Shown here: positions 1 through 12,417 of the stretch, in pieces
How the letters are laid out: each line of letters starts with the position of its first letter
Position numbering within the stretch: the first letter of the stretch is position 1
Assembly: GCA_040954595.2 (NCBI GenBank)
Contig: CM082597.2
Location: 10,013,778-10,077,777 of the forward strand
Length of the DNA stretch: 64,000 nt
From: Balanoglossus misakiensis
Taxonomy: Eukaryota > Animalia > Hemichordata
Direction of reading: 5' to 3'
The notes under the pieces: generated by a model
Database searches by the model: none
What the model was told of the DNA's origin: nothing
The model's input: the letters and a program-made list of their open reading frames with translations, nothing else
Program-made: the position numbers and the translations under genes

Positions 1-690
1 TAAGCACATTAATGCAATCTGCAAGTCAATGTTCTTCCATCTGCATCAAATTAGCCATATTCATGGCTTGCTCTTCATCAGCAAACAACAGTTTTGCAAG
101 CTTCTGCATTTGCCACAGGGACTGTTCAAATTTAAAAAAGCCAGTGGAAGACTTTCGTTTTGTTTTGCCACTTCTTTGGCTTCAAGCCAGCGCGCCGGCA
201 ACACCGCATGTTTTTCCATGTTTATTACCTTTTTATCTCGTTCAGTTAGTCCAGTACACTCGCTGAAAAATTTTCTGCACGATGTTTCTCAGTGGCATTC
301 GTATTTGGGCATTGAATTCCCGCTCTAGAGAGTTTCCACGTCAACAGACCTTATGAGGTCTCCAGCGACTGGAAATCGTTTGCTTATTTGCGTTACATGT
401 CAGCCCACAAAAGTGCTGCTCCGTCACCACACTTATGCAAGAGCATTTGCGTTCCCACTATAAGCAGTCTTTGTCTTGAAGCTTTCACATTTTTTATCAG
501 ACGTGTTAGGTATCTTTCTTGCAAGTTACTACGCAGTTTCGTATCTTACGGGCTATGGGAACTCCCTGAATGCTTCCCCCCTCTGGTTTGGCTGCTTGGA
601 GCTGGTTTTGTCAAACTCCTTTCATCTGCGTATTAAAGAGTTTCCGCCAACCTTTGAGTGTGTCGCATTCTGTTCCTTCCCATTAGCCCA
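1..690 (-). pseudogene. Decayed protein-coding-like stretch of unknown origin (possibly TE-derived)
   Basis: The minus strand reads as long protein-like segments broken by stops and frameshifts (e.g. SNLQERYLTRLIKNVKASRQRLLIVG; FFSECTGLTERDKKVINMEKHAVLPARWLEAKEVAK). Family not recognised. Confidence 0.3.
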
Positions 691-792
691 CTAGCTTTCA
701 AACATTTCCACAGTTTGAGTATCTCATGTGTATTTACATACGTCAGCAATTTACCCACTACACATGTGTTTTCCTATACAATTCCTACATAA

Positions 793-1548
793 GGCTGCAT
801 TCACAAACACCTCTGGGGGGGAGAATTGATGGGGGGGATTTGAAAAAATTGAGGGCATGTAAGGGGGGATTTGAAATAATTTAGGGACTGAAAGGGGGGG
901 ACTTGAAAACTTTGACGACTAAATATTTATTTTGAGTCCACAAAAATGCAGTTTTGCGCCCTTTATTTTACAAAATTTTCCCACACCCACCCCCTCCATT
1001 CATCAACACCTTTCAATCATTGACTGGTTTATCTTTTGTCCCAGGTCAGGGGACTTGCCCCCACCGCATGATAACTTTGAGCGGCGACAGTTAAATTTGT
1101 CCTCCCCAACATACCGGTAGTTGAGTTAATTTGCTTTTGCCGGGTTCATTAAAATGCAGCTTTGAGCTCTGTATTTTATAAAATTTTCTTACGTGGGAGG
1201 GGGACACCCACACCCACCCCCTTCAATTCTCGGTTTACAATGTCTCCCAACACAGAATACAAATACTTAAAAAATAAAAACAAAGTTCAATTTTAATACC
1301 CACTGATGAGGGGAAACATCAGTTTCAAATTCTTTTCATGGGAGCGCTGTTTTTCTTTTTTACAAGATAGATAGGTGATGTGTTTTGCTCTGTGAAAGAA
1401 AATGGGGGGGGGGGGGATTTCAAAATGTTGGCAGTTCGGAAGGGGGGATTTGAAAATATTTTGGGTTATGCATGTGAAAATTAGCGGTAAAAAAAATTGA
1501 ATTCTCCCGCCCCCCCCCCCCCCTCCAGAGGTGTTTGTGAATGCAGCC
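793..1548 (-). mobile_element. PIF/Harbinger-type MITE family H1, copy 1
   Basis: TIR GGCTGCATTCACAAACACCTCTGG, TAA TSD. Inverted relative to the copies at 6278 and 55736. Confidence 0.85.
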
Positions 1549-1639
1549 TAAGTGGAGTTCCAGAAAGGCAGCCACTAATTACCTCTGCAAACAATGAATG
1601 CTTTCTATTGATTGATTTTTTCATTGCTTTGGTTATCCA

Positions 1640-2290
1640 TAAACTGGTTACCAGTGGTAAATGATCAGATTTATCTGCAGCAATAGTACCATAATATATT
1701 GGACAATTATCTATATTGGTATATACATGATCAATAATGGTTTGGGAAGTATTAGTGATTCGTGTACGCGTCAATACAACTTGATTCAAGCATTATATCA
1801 AAGTTGTGTGAAAATTATCTATAGCACCCTTCTGAGTCGAAAGGTCAGTTTAAATCAACCTTAAAATACAGTGTTTTTTATCAAGTTTGATGCTAGTGAG
1901 TACATTAAGAAGACTGTTTTCAATTTCTAATATACCGGTACTAGTATTTGGATTTCTGTACATGATTCCTACTATTAAGGTCTCATTTATATAAATTACT
2001 TCAAGCCAAAGTGTCTCAGAGTGTAGTACATGAAAAGGAAGTATTTTATAATTGACAGAACCATGAATGTAAGCTGAGCAACCCCACAACCCCATCCAGT
2101 TTCTTGAGTCCTGGATTCAAGATTGTAAGAATCAAGACTAAAAAGTCACAGTTACTCATATTTCAAGTTTCAGAGATGACTTTGAACTTTTCAGAGAGTA
2201 AGTCTTCATACACTAGTTTGAACTCTTCAAAATTTCTGTTCAAGGAATGTGTATTAATATGAGAAACCTGCAATGAGTTATGAATACTTG
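1640..2290 (-). mobile_element. LINE (CR1/L2 group) APE endonuclease relic
   Basis: Frameshifted ETLWLEV...LIVGIMYRNPN...TRITNTSQTIIDHVYTN...SDHLP motifs. Confidence 0.8.
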
Positions 2291-2519
2291 GGCTGAAAGT
2301 ATTCTCAAAATCAGATTTTGTGGTTACGATAAAATTTGGAACTATTTTGTGAAAAATTAAAGATCGATGTTATGCAGTCTATCTGTCAGGTGACTCAGGT
2401 CACGAACTGGACAATTCTGGTTTTGACGAGGACCCGTCTGTCGCGAATCAGCTCAGTGGATTTCATCATCCGTCAAGGTTTCACTAGAGCAGGAAATCTT
2501 AGTTTCTTGTGCCTTTTGC

Positions 2520-3011
2520 GGATCTGGTGCTCTCTACGGCGCTAACGATACCCCCCGGGCGATACCATTATTTCTTAGGGGAGGCCGAGGGGGGTGTGAG
2601 GGTGGATGTGAAAGTGGTAATTGAGTGTGACCAACAATAAAAGACTGTGTCGTCTATATATATGTGTCGAATATTTTATTTAAAAAAATCCAACTATATA
2701 AATGTTTAGGGTTAGGGTTAGGATCAGGGTTAGGATTAGGGTTAGGGTTAGGATCAGGGTTAGGAATAGGGTTAGGGTTAGGATCAGGGTTAGAAATAGG
2801 GTTAGGGTTAGGATTAGGCTTCGGGTTAGGGTACAGTTTGAACACCTTTATCGGTATAAAATGTTCGGTAGAATTTATTTATTGTTGACCATGATAGCAC
2901 TGACGTGTTAACACACGCAATTATCCACCCAAACATTCACGCACACGACCCCCTAAGAAATAATGGTATCGCCCGGGGGGTATCGTTAGCGCCGTAGAGA
3001 GCACCAGATCC
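2520..3011. mobile_element. MITE with ~60-bp TIRs and 8-bp TSD carrying telomere-like repeats
   Basis: TIR GGATCTGGTGCTCTCTACGGCGCTAACGATACCCCCCGGGCGATACC at both ends. TSD CCTTTTGC (2512-2519 and 3012-3019). Superfamily uncertain (Merlin- or MULE-like). Confidence 0.9.
2706..2831 (+). repeat. Degenerate (TTAGGG)n array, 21 hexamers, with a 30-bp higher-order unit
   Basis: The unit ttaggg/ataggg-ttaggg-ttagga-tcaggg-ttagga is repeated about 4 times. Confidence 0.95.
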
Positions 3012-3424
3012 CCTTTTGCTTTATGATCAGATCGTTTTGCTCTAATCAAATCATTATTTTTGTTCGAATACTCAATTTTGTACCTATCGCTTGGTCAACG
3101 TCTGGGGTCGACAACTCGATGAGATTGGCTCAGCACTGCCGCCCTCGCGACAGTTCCTGAAGCGTATAATAATAGGTCTTGGTCTTGTTCTCTGATTTGC
3201 GCCGTCATACTGTGATTAAAACTATGAATGGCCAGTGTCCATCAATCACATTTTCTAGAGTTTAGGGGTTATATTAGTCTGAATGGGAGTGTTTATGGGA
3301 AAAACCCTTGGGATTTTAATAAGTTAAAAGTATGTTAGCTGTAACTTTTGGATTTATTTTCAGTATGTTTGTTGTGTGTGCCAAATGCAATTTCTTGTTC
3401 TACACCAAACAGCATGGTAACATA

Positions 3425-3633
3425 CTGAAAACACTTTATTTTCGCGTGCAATAAATTTTTGCGAAATACGTGAGAGCCAAAATAGCCTGAAAATAAAAAG
3501 TCGCGTAAATTTTTTTTTGAAGATAACGATGCGGTGAATGAAATTCGAGAACATGAAAATTAATACTCGCGAAACAGTGGCCTCTCTCGATATTGCAAAA
3601 AAATTTACTCGCGAAAAATAAAGTGTTTTACAG
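3425..3633. mobile_element. Tc1/mariner-type MITE
   Basis: TA-CTGAAAACACTTTATTTTCGCG ... CGCGAAAAATAAAGTGTTTACAG-TA. Confidence 0.7.
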
Positions 3634-4813
3634 TATCTAGTTCTCTGCTTGTCAACATAGCCCGTATGTGTTTAACTGGCTATTGTTATTGTTGACAAAT
3701 GAATTTTTTTCTTGACTCGAATTTAAATTTTGCACGATATCAATGCTGACAACTGGTATACATATCAAGGATGTGTTGGCAAACTGGGCATTTCATTCTT
3801 CTTCTGGAATATGAACTAGAAACTGCAGTACACAAAACAAAAATACACTGCAAAAAGTTACAGCTATAACGGCAAAAAAGTTACTTTTGTTTAGCATCCT
3901 AGCAAAATGTCAAAACTGATGTGGTGATGCAGTTTGTTTTTTGTTGTAATATTGGTTTTTTTTCCATGGGGGGGGGGGGGGGGGGGTTCTCGGAAACTAC
4001 TAACAAGCAAATGTTTATTTTCTTTTCATCTGTTTTACATGCATAAGTACAAGTGTTTGCTGTTCAGAGTCCAGTCTTCTTTATGGCTTCAACATTGCTC
4101 AGTGGCTCTGTGGGATATAATACCCTTGAAACCTATCAATTTGTTCATAGGCACTCTGAAGGCCTGATCACTGAAGTTCTGGCGATGGGGATCAATAATC
4201 AATTGACAGTCTCCCAAAGCAGGTCACAAATTGTTCACCCAAAGAGCTCATTTGTCTAGCACGTGTGACTGTGGTCAAACCTGTTGCAGTATGTACAGTA
4301 CGTCCAATGTTGTGACCCAAAGTGAGGCTTATGATGTCACTGTTCGTTCTAATGTACTTTCTAGACTCTTCCAAGATGGCGGGTTAAAAGCATCTCCTGT
4401 CTTTTGTCTATTAATGCCTCTGGCATTACAAACCCCAGTTTGAAACACAGCCTATACGGAGATCTTGTGTGGAGTGACCATACACTTGTATTCTAATTAT
4501 CTGTTGCAGCACTCCCTGACTGCACAAGGCATTATGCCTTGTTCTCACCATGGACGTAAAAAGAGTAGGGCGCCCTCTTGTGAAGCAAGAGCGGTACCTG
4601 ACCCCTTTCCCTTTAGCGTAGCGCAGCCAGCGGTGGGATTGGGGCAGGGAACCAGACTAGTATTCAAGCATGTAGGACTCAATGTAGCAATCTCAAACTT
4701 GGTACTGTGGACGGGGCCAATGTGTAGATGTGATCCCAACAATAAATAGTTAATTAGTCATGTGACCTAGCCATAGGCCTATACCTTTACAGTGAAGCTA
4801 TCATAATCACATC

Positions 4814-5196
4814 TATTATTACATATGTACTGTCGATTACTTGCACCGAGCGCGCGCGTAACATAGGTATTTGCACTCAGTGCAATACCAAAAACATTAT
4901 GCCATACCTGTATGCAAATGAGTGGCCTGTTCACGAAACAAGCAATATCATTCTGCGGTCTCATTTCTTTCATTTTTGGTCTTGTTTTCAAAATGGGATG
5001 AACATATGTAATAAAAACAGAACCCCATGGCTCAATCGTGCAAGCACGGCGTATCGGTAGTATTTGCACTCGTGCTGGCGGTGTATTCTTGCGGTGTATT
5101 CTTGACGGGCGCAAGAATACACCGCCAGACACTCGATGCAAATACTACCGTTACGCCGTGCTTGCACGATCGAGCCATGGGGTTCTGTCATATTAT
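4814..5196 (-). mobile_element. Crypton-like terminal-hairpin element (family X1)
   Basis: TATTAT direct repeat at both ends. Inverted pair TTATTACATATGT/ACATATGTAATAA. ~180-bp hairpin at about 5012-5196 with CTCG in both arms on the + strand. Confidence 0.65.
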
Positions 5197-5219
5197 GGCA
5201 TTCTGGTCTATATAAAGGT

Positions 5220-5690
5220 CCTGGACAGCTAGTGTTCACTACAGCTTGCCAGCGATCAGCATGGGGCAGAAATGAGAAGCCAAATTTTGGGTGACCCCTT
5301 AACCTTTGACCCACCTTGAAAAACACATCTACTTCTACGCTAACAAATACACCAAGGGAGTTGATTTTTGGTGGACAGGTACAATTATCGGACCAAATCA
5401 TTTCGCCGCAATGTCACGTGACCTCAGTGACCTTTGACCTATATTTAACATAAATGCTCATAAGTACGTAACTATTAGACCTACAGACTTCATATTTGGT
5501 GGGATGAAGCATACACATGTACTTGTTACCCCTTGACCTTTGACCTAATTAATTATGTGCATACCTAATTCCAGGCGAACCAATAGGGCTGAAGGTTTGG
5601 TTTCTGATGGACCTGGACCAGTATGGGGTCAACATTTTTTGCCCAAATTCCGGCTTGGGCCCCGCCATTGCTGCTTGCAGCTACAATATT
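5220..5690 (+). mobile_element. 3' fragment of a Helentron-type HINE related to 21832-23101
   Basis: Shares the core aattatgtgcatacctaattccaggc and ends in GCTGCTTGCAGCT followed by a T-run. Confidence 0.6.
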
Positions 5691-5727
5691 TGTTTAAACT
5701 GTTTTTAGCGTAATGTCCAGATATATC

Positions 5728-5837
5728 CAATCTGATTAAAATCAGATGTAGGAAACGGCGACGTGTTTTTATGCTGTCGCCTCACACTACAGCATAAAAC
5801 CACGTCGCATTCCCTACATCTGATTTTAATCAGATTG
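5728..5837. mobile_element. 110-bp foldback mini-element, MULE-like (family M1)
   Basis: TIR CAATCTGATTAAAATCAGATGTAGG. 9-bp TSD AGATATATC. Confidence 0.85.
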
Positions 5838-5857
5838 AGATATATCGTGTGACAAAG

Positions 5858-6110
5858 ACTAGTTTCTACGATACAGCGAAACGACGAAACATGACGATAC
5901 CATTTTTAAAATATGGGCCAGTCATCAAGACGTTGGCTTATGATTTATTTAAGTAAGTTTCCAGATAAAAACGTAAGCCAGCCAAGACAACTACAGGTCA
6001 GATAAATTACTTTCTTTTAAATTCAACATTAGAATCAAACGCTCTTTGGCATTGGAAACGTTGGAACGGCGGGTCGCCAGTTCCTGGTCTGGGCATTAGT
6101 ACTAGTGGTA
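5858..6110 (+). mobile_element. Diverged partial copy of the element at 44342-45104
   Basis: Colinear similarity (cagcgaaacgacgaaac...gggccagtcatcaagacg...ccagttcctggtct). Confidence 0.7.
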
Positions 6111-6277
6111 GAGTCTTGTGCGTGCGTGCGCGTACATTCACTTTGTATATGTAGCAGTTTGGCATGAATCGTGGTAGGCCTACATGTTTTCTAAAACATG
6201 TCCCAGCACAGGGATTTATTCAGAGAAAGTGGAGAAATGTTTCAAGTGGGCGATCCCCGGCAATTCCCGGAATATAA

Positions 6278-7059
6278 GGCTGCATTCACAAACACCTCTG
6301 GAGGGGGGGGGGGGGGGGCGGGAGAATTCATTTTTTTTTACCGCTTATTTTCACATGCCCCCCTTTCGAACTGCCAATATTTTCAAATCCCCCCCTTCCG
6401 AACTGCCAAAATTTTGAAATCCCCCCCCCCATTTTCTTTCACAGAGCAAAACACATCACCTATCTATCTTGTAAAAAGAAAAACAGCACTCCCATGAAAA
6501 GAATTTGAAACTGATGTTTCCCCTCATCAGTGGGTATTAAAACTGAACATTGTTTTTATTTTTTAAGTACATATATTTGTATTCTGTGTTGGGAGACATT
6601 GTAAACCGAGAATTGAAGGGGGTAAGAAAATTTTCTAAAATACAGAGCTCAAAGCTGCATTTTAATGAACCCGGCAAAAGCAAATTAACTCAACTACCGG
6701 TATGTTGGGGAGGACAAATTTAACCGTCGCGCGCTCAAAGTTATCATGGGGTGGGGCAAGTCCCCTGACCTGGGACACTAGATAAACCAGTCAATGATTG
6801 AAAGGTGTTGATGAATGGAGGGGGTGGGTGTGGGAGGGGGTGTCCCCCTCCCACATTAGAAAATTTTGTAAAATAAAGGGCGCGAAACTGCATTTTTGTG
6901 GACTCAAAATAAATATTTAGTCGTTAAAGTTTTCAAGTCCCCCCCCCTTTCAGTCCCTAAATTATTTCAAATCCCCCCCTTACATACCCTCAATTTTTTC
7001 AAATCCCCCCCTCAATTCTCCTGCCCCCCCCCCCTCCAGAGGTGTTTGTGAATGCAGCC
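6278..7059 (+). mobile_element. Harbinger-type MITE H1, copy 2
   Basis: Same TIR as copy 1, TAA TSD. Confidence 0.88.
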
Positions 7060-7267
7060 TAACTAGCCTGCAGTGAAAAATACTGTCTCTGTACAAAATA
7101 GTAATGAAAGGGAATAGTCATTGCCTTCCCCATGTCCCAAGCAGTATGGAATATAAAATTTAAATTATAAAAATGCTTGAATAGGCATACAGTACATAGT
7201 GACAAAGGAAATGAAATCAGAAATCAGATATTAATTTATGACGAACGTGTCATATTGGCTTCCATTT

Positions 7268-7742
7268 TTGGTGAAACATGTAATCATGTAGCAGCCTTAC
7301 TCTTCCGGGTTGAAGCAGCATGTAGGATAACCCTGCGTACATGTCTAGGTCTGTGTGTCCTAACGTCCGAACCGCTCGCTTCTAAAACTTTCATGTTTAC
7401 CCATGGAGATAAACTCGCTGTAATTAGCCTTATATTTAATATGGCGATCTCAACATGTAAACACACAAAAATAAATCAAACGCGAGTGGTTCGGACGTTA
7501 GGACAAGTTAAATGCATCATATTTGGAGTCGGTTAGGAGGCAGAAGTAGACAGGGAAAGGATTTTACTTCGATAAAATCGAATTTCGGCCGAAAAAGCTG
7601 CGGTCCGGATCCGGACCGCAGAAGCACCAGTTTTTTCTATGGCGCCTTGCAGGGCTGTGGTGGAGGCCGTGTAACGCCGGGAACACACAGACCTGTACGC
7701 AGAGCTACATGTAGGAGAGGTTTGACAAACCGACCGTGTACT
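7268..7742 (+). pseudogene. SWIM zinc-finger fragment of a transposon accessory protein (ISL2EU/Kolobok YqaJ-type), split by a MITE
   Basis: Removing 7328-7716 restores GETCNHVAALLFRVEAACRRGLTNRPCT. Confidence 0.6.
7328..7707. mobile_element. MULE-like MITE family M2
   Basis: Ends TAACCCTGCGTAC / GTACGCAGAGCTA. 9-bp TSD CATGTAGGA. Relatives at about 26590-27325, 50413-51997 and 55345-55418. Confidence 0.8.
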
Positions 7743-8390
7743 ACGGCGCGCCAAGTGTTTCAAAATTATTTATCATTATTTTATAGAAAATTGATGTTTT
7801 TAACAAAAAATACGTAAAAAAACACAAAAAACTGATTGGTGGTTCAAAAAACAACGAGTGTAAAAAGTAATCCGTCGTGGAGTCAAAAACAAAACACACA
7901 CACACACACACAAAAACTAACACACACACAAGAAAATCTCACCTGTTGTCAAAAAAAAACCCACCAAGCTTACCCCAAAAAAACGTCCACAAGGCAGTTG
8001 CACAAAAAAAAATCACTCATTTGTCACAAAAAAACCACGCGCACATTTTTCACGAAAAACGCACACTTCACTCCCACAAAAAATACACATAAAGTATTAA
8101 AAAGAACACTCTTTGAAAAAAAGAGAGACTACAACTTGAAAAAAATGAACACCCCCAGAACAAACAACACAGGCAAAAATAGAAAAAACACGAACATGTT
8201 AGCCATAAAAAAACGGAGATATTTGTCACCGAAAAAACCCGCACTCATGTCACCCCAAAACTAACGGGCCACTTTAAAAAAAACGCAGATGCACTGAGGT
8301 TGCAAAAATAATCCCCCGAAAAAAAAACACAGGCAATTTGAACAAAAAAAACCCAGAGCAATTTGCAAAAAAAAAAAAAAAAAAATAGAG
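7742..8390 (+). mobile_element. One arm of a probable IS3EU-like element with A/C-rich subterminal repeats
   Basis: Begins TACGGCGCGCC (compare TATGGG..CCC at 54768), followed by degenerate aaaaaacac repeats. No second end found. Confidence 0.35.
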
Positions 8391-8704
8391 GAACATTTGT
8401 ATCCATACCCCAGTGTGTCTCGGCTAGGCTATTTTCATACCATTGAATATGTTCTTTACCGGAACAGTCAAATAAGTTCACAAGGTTCTAGCTAGAAAGT
8501 CATATTTATAGTCAATGTGGTGATAATTTCTTATTATTAATCACTAATTATCGTAATTTATCATCCCGATATTATCAATGTTCTCTTTAAATACATATTT
8601 TTTCAGCGGGGGGGGGGGGGGGGGGTGCTGCACAGCGCAGCCAACGACAGTAACAAGACATGAACTACCCGGTCAGCATCGTCCTTGTCATCCTATCATA
8701 CTTA

Positions 8705-10538
8705 CAGTCAGATCGCACGGTATTCATTAACATATGCAAATGAGGAAAGTACTTCAAACCATGTAGCCGTTAGAGTGGGCCCCGCTGACTGGTCGCGAAA
8801 TATGCCATTTTTTTACTCGATATTATAGAGCTGTTTTCAGGCGATGTGGATTATTTTAAGACAAAACCGTGGATTCACTTGAAGGTAGGTATACTGGATT
8901 GTTACTGAATGATTTTTTGGCAACTTCTGTCGAGTAGTTTCTTTGTAATCACGAAATTTCTGACGACTGTGAAAAAACACATAGCGTTGACATCCTCTCG
9001 ATTATTTTTAAGCTGACCGTTACAAATGGATTTTGCCACGAAATTTCAAACTTTTATCAAAATATAGACATCAAACTCACTCTCTTTGAGTTTTCATTCA
9101 CTTCCAAGCTTTGATAGTGACGATATGACCAGTTCAATTTTGTTTACCTTTCAACCTGTGAGCGCCATTTTGTTTACTTTTCAACCCGTGAGCGCCACTT
9201 CTTCTGCAAAATGGCGGGAGAAGACAGCATGCATGTGTACGTATATACGCTGGCGCAGGCTTGATCCTGGGTTGTACCAGCTGCGTAGTTTTCCCACCTC
9301 TCGTGCGAAGAAATTTTGATTCCTGATATGTAATCCCGAGTTTTACTAAACCCTAACAATTATTTTATGAAGGTTTGCCCGTCAAGGAAACTCACTTTTT
9401 TTAATTTTATTGTTCTTTCAGATTGATGAAGACTGATTTTTGTGGTGGTGGTGTTGCAGTTGACTGTTTTATTTTAGCTGTCTGAGTTGACAATTTATTC
9501 TGTATTTTGTTGTATTTTTAACTCTTTATCCTGTATTTTGTAGTAGTATTTTGAACACTGTTTAATAAATAAATTACTATTATTATTATTATTATTTATC
9601 GACCCAATGCAATGATGACAAATCGCTCGCCTTCAGACACAAATGTTGTATTTATTGCATATATCATCGGCGAATAAAGGGAAGTGGTTTCGAAGTTACA
9701 CTTGACATTTTCAAAAAGTCTATTTATATCCCACGATAAGGAGAGAAAAAATAAAAACACGCCAGCTGAGCTCCTCACACGTAGTCACGAACGGTAAACC
9801 TGGCATTCTGTGCATGGGTAATCAAATATTTGTTTGTAGCCCAATGTAGGCGTACGGCGTGGAGCACCCGGGCGCGGCACTCGTGCGATTGATCGATGTT
9901 GTGTCGAAATCAGGCCAGTAATTAAGTTAAAACTTGGCTGATATGTTACCTTAGAGTGTTATACACTATCCAGTAATTTTTACTTGACAAGTGTCTTTTA
10001 GAAACTGTTTTCCCCACGATAAACGTGTCGTTTCACGAGCAACGCAACACTTCCGTATTTACAAGCCGAACATTGAGAGGTCAACGTAGGGCCTATACTT
10101 CCGGGTCATATCGTCGAACTGCATCGATTATTTTTAAGCTGACCGTTACACAAGCATTTCGAGTTAATTTCTTTTCACGGATGTTGGGACCGATATTAGA
10201 CCTATCTGTCACGAAAACTTGGTTAACTTCCGAGGTCGTCTTCAAATGATTTTTGGCACGTTTGTGGACGTCTCTTCCGAGGTCACCAACATACCACCGA
10301 AAACACGCTAAAAACTACTACTATTACCGACAGATTCTCATAAAATTTACGTCTGCAGTGCAAAATAGGAATCACTTTCGAAATTTATCGAGCTGGCATG
10401 GTATTTTATTGTACCACGGAGTGTAAAAATCAAGTTGAAAATCACCTTGAAAACTGGCCTATTGCCGTCTGTTTGAAAATTAACGGTCGCTGGCTTGACG
10501 AACTTTCATATGCAAATGAGCACCGTGCGATCTGACTG
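8705..10538. mobile_element. 1.8-kb non-autonomous TIR element with 4-bp TSD (Sola-like?)
   Basis: TIR CAGTCAGATCGCACGGT..., TSD CTTA. Internal direct duplication (cgattatttttaagctgaccgttaca at about 8999 and 10124). Confidence 0.8.
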
Positions 10539-10826
10539 CTTAGTACCTGTATTCATTCATCATTATATTCACTACTTTAGGTTACTGGTCTAACCTGCTG
10601 AGCACCACGACCACACCGACTCGGCTCAGCTCAGCTCTACTGACTGTCAGCATGCAATATCCGGCGGTTTAGCCACCGCGCACATTGATTGATAGGGATT
10701 TGAAGTTGAATATGAATCTGAGAAAGTGATCACAGCACGATTCCAGACTGTCGACGTTTGGATCTGCAGTCTACATATATTGAAATACATTGTTCATAAG
10801 CCATAGAGAACAAAAGTCTCGGCATT

Positions 10827-11027
10827 ATGGAACGCGTTTTATGGACATTCGTGTTATTTTTGTTTATGTTCAGAGCATGTTTTTGTCAACTTGTGGTGAA
10901 TGTTAAAAATGATGGCGGTGATCTCAGCCAAGAAAGCATTCAGGCGGACACAACGCAGGACATTATCACGCTCAAATTCCCCAAGTCGGATGGCACGCTG
11001 ATTTTGATGGTAATAGATTTTAAAGCG
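10827..11027 (+). CDS. OAF: Out at first (OAF) homologue, coding exon 1 (signal peptide plus N-terminal domain)
   Basis: ATG at 10827. Translates MERVLWTFVLFLFMFRACFC-QLVVNVKNDGGDLSQESIQADTTQDIITLKFPKSDGTLILMVIDFKA: a hydrophobic leader followed by the OAF-type LxVxVxxxxGxxxxE...D.IxLxFxxxDGT...xDF motif. 201 nt, then a GTGAGT donor (phase 0). Confidence 0.9.
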
Positions 11028-11368
11028 GTGAGTATTCCTTAGATTTGTTACAAATGGTAAACCATTACACCTTCGTTTTGTACCCAACTTGACTCAAGAA
11101 TTGGCAACTGTATTGCTGCGTTACGGTAGCACTAGCAGATAGCCATACCTAGTGTGTGTATCTTAGTGAGTTCTAAATAGGTAGCAGAAGTCCCCAAAGG
11201 TTCTCTAACATTGCAGATTTCGGCTCCAGTCGTTTCGGCCCCTAATTTTCACGACCCAAGTCGGTTTGGCCCCAAACTTGCTTAGTCGAATATGGAAAGG
11301 GGGGGGGGGGTCACTGGTCGAACAGCAAGCACACACATAGCTGCAAAGCTTGTAGCGGGTGCTGCTTA

Positions 11369-12060
11369 GGGACAGTTCAGTTTTTACGGTTGGGGGGGGG
11401 GGGGCAAGTTTGTTTCATCGGTTTTCAAAATCAGGCCGACCCGCCCCCCATCACCAAGGACAAAAAATGATGACCCCCCCCCCTTTGACAGGCCGAAAAA
11501 TATGATGACCCCCCCCCCACGTCTAAAACATTCGCTGTCCTAATCTTATGTACACTGTATGCAATACAGGGAAAGAGGCTCCTCACATCTTAATTATAAA
11601 TTTGTTAAAGAAATTTATAATTGAAGTATATAATAGTATATCGTTGCAATAACGAAATCTAAGAATAAATTAAAATGACAAGTCAATACAATAGTTGCTA
11701 GAATTGGTAAAAAAAGTGGTGGGTGTGGGAGGGGGATTTTGTAAAATACAGTGCTCAAAGTTGCATTTTAATGAACTCGAAAGCAAATCAACTAAATGGT
11801 TGGGAGGACCAATTTTACTTTTGCCACTCCACTCAAAGTAAGCGTCGATGGGGTGGGGTGGCAAGTAGTCTGCCCTGGTACACTAGACAAACCAGCCTAT
11901 AAATGAAATGTGGCGAGGAATGGAGGGGGTGGGTGTGAAAATTTTGTAAAAAAAAAGGGCGCGAAACTGCAATTTTGTGGACTCAAAAGCAAAAGTTCGG
12001 TGGCAAAAGTATGTGACCCCCCCCTAAACGTTTACAAAAAAAAGATGACCCCCCGCTTTA
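11369..12060 (+). mobile_element. Diverged Harbinger-like MITE related to H1
   Basis: Starts TTA-GGGACAGTTC and shares internal blocks with H1 (aaatacagtgctcaaagttgcattttaatgaac; tgtggactcaaaa). Confidence 0.55.
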
Positions 12061-12417
12061 AGACATAGCCGAGATAGCATGACTACAGAGGTCAGTTAGA
12101 TTATGGAGCTCCATGGTTATGTGTAGGTCATGCATTTATAACAGCATCAGGAAAAAATACATACATTTTACTCAATTTAACTCAAGGCTGTGTGTAAGCT
12201 AGCTTTGGTATGCAGCTGTACCGTTGGGGTGGGGGGAGCTGATTACCCCACGGACAGCTGCGGGACGACCCCTATACTAAACGTGCAGTTGCCCCGCCGC
12301 GACTGGCGTCGGAACATTTGAACGGCAACAGAAAACAAACTGAGCGTAATTCAATAAAACGCCCTATACAAGCCTGAACTCTGAATATTTCTGGTCCCAA
12401 ATCTCCTTTCGTGAAAA

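Larger units (their letters stand above)
2320..3160 (+). mobile_element. Diverged body of the Crypton-like element at 37224-37930, split by a MITE
   Basis: 2320-2519 plus 3012-3160 align by eye to about 37410-37730. Confidence 0.7.

Noticed and set aside
2654-2911. ORFs encoding PNPNPD / GLGLG / RVRVRI repeats
   Set aside because: They are translations of the telomere-like array inside a MITE.
7836-8264. 142-aa Lys/Thr-rich ORF
   Set aside because: An artefact of A/C-rich low-complexity sequence that lacks T and therefore stop codons.
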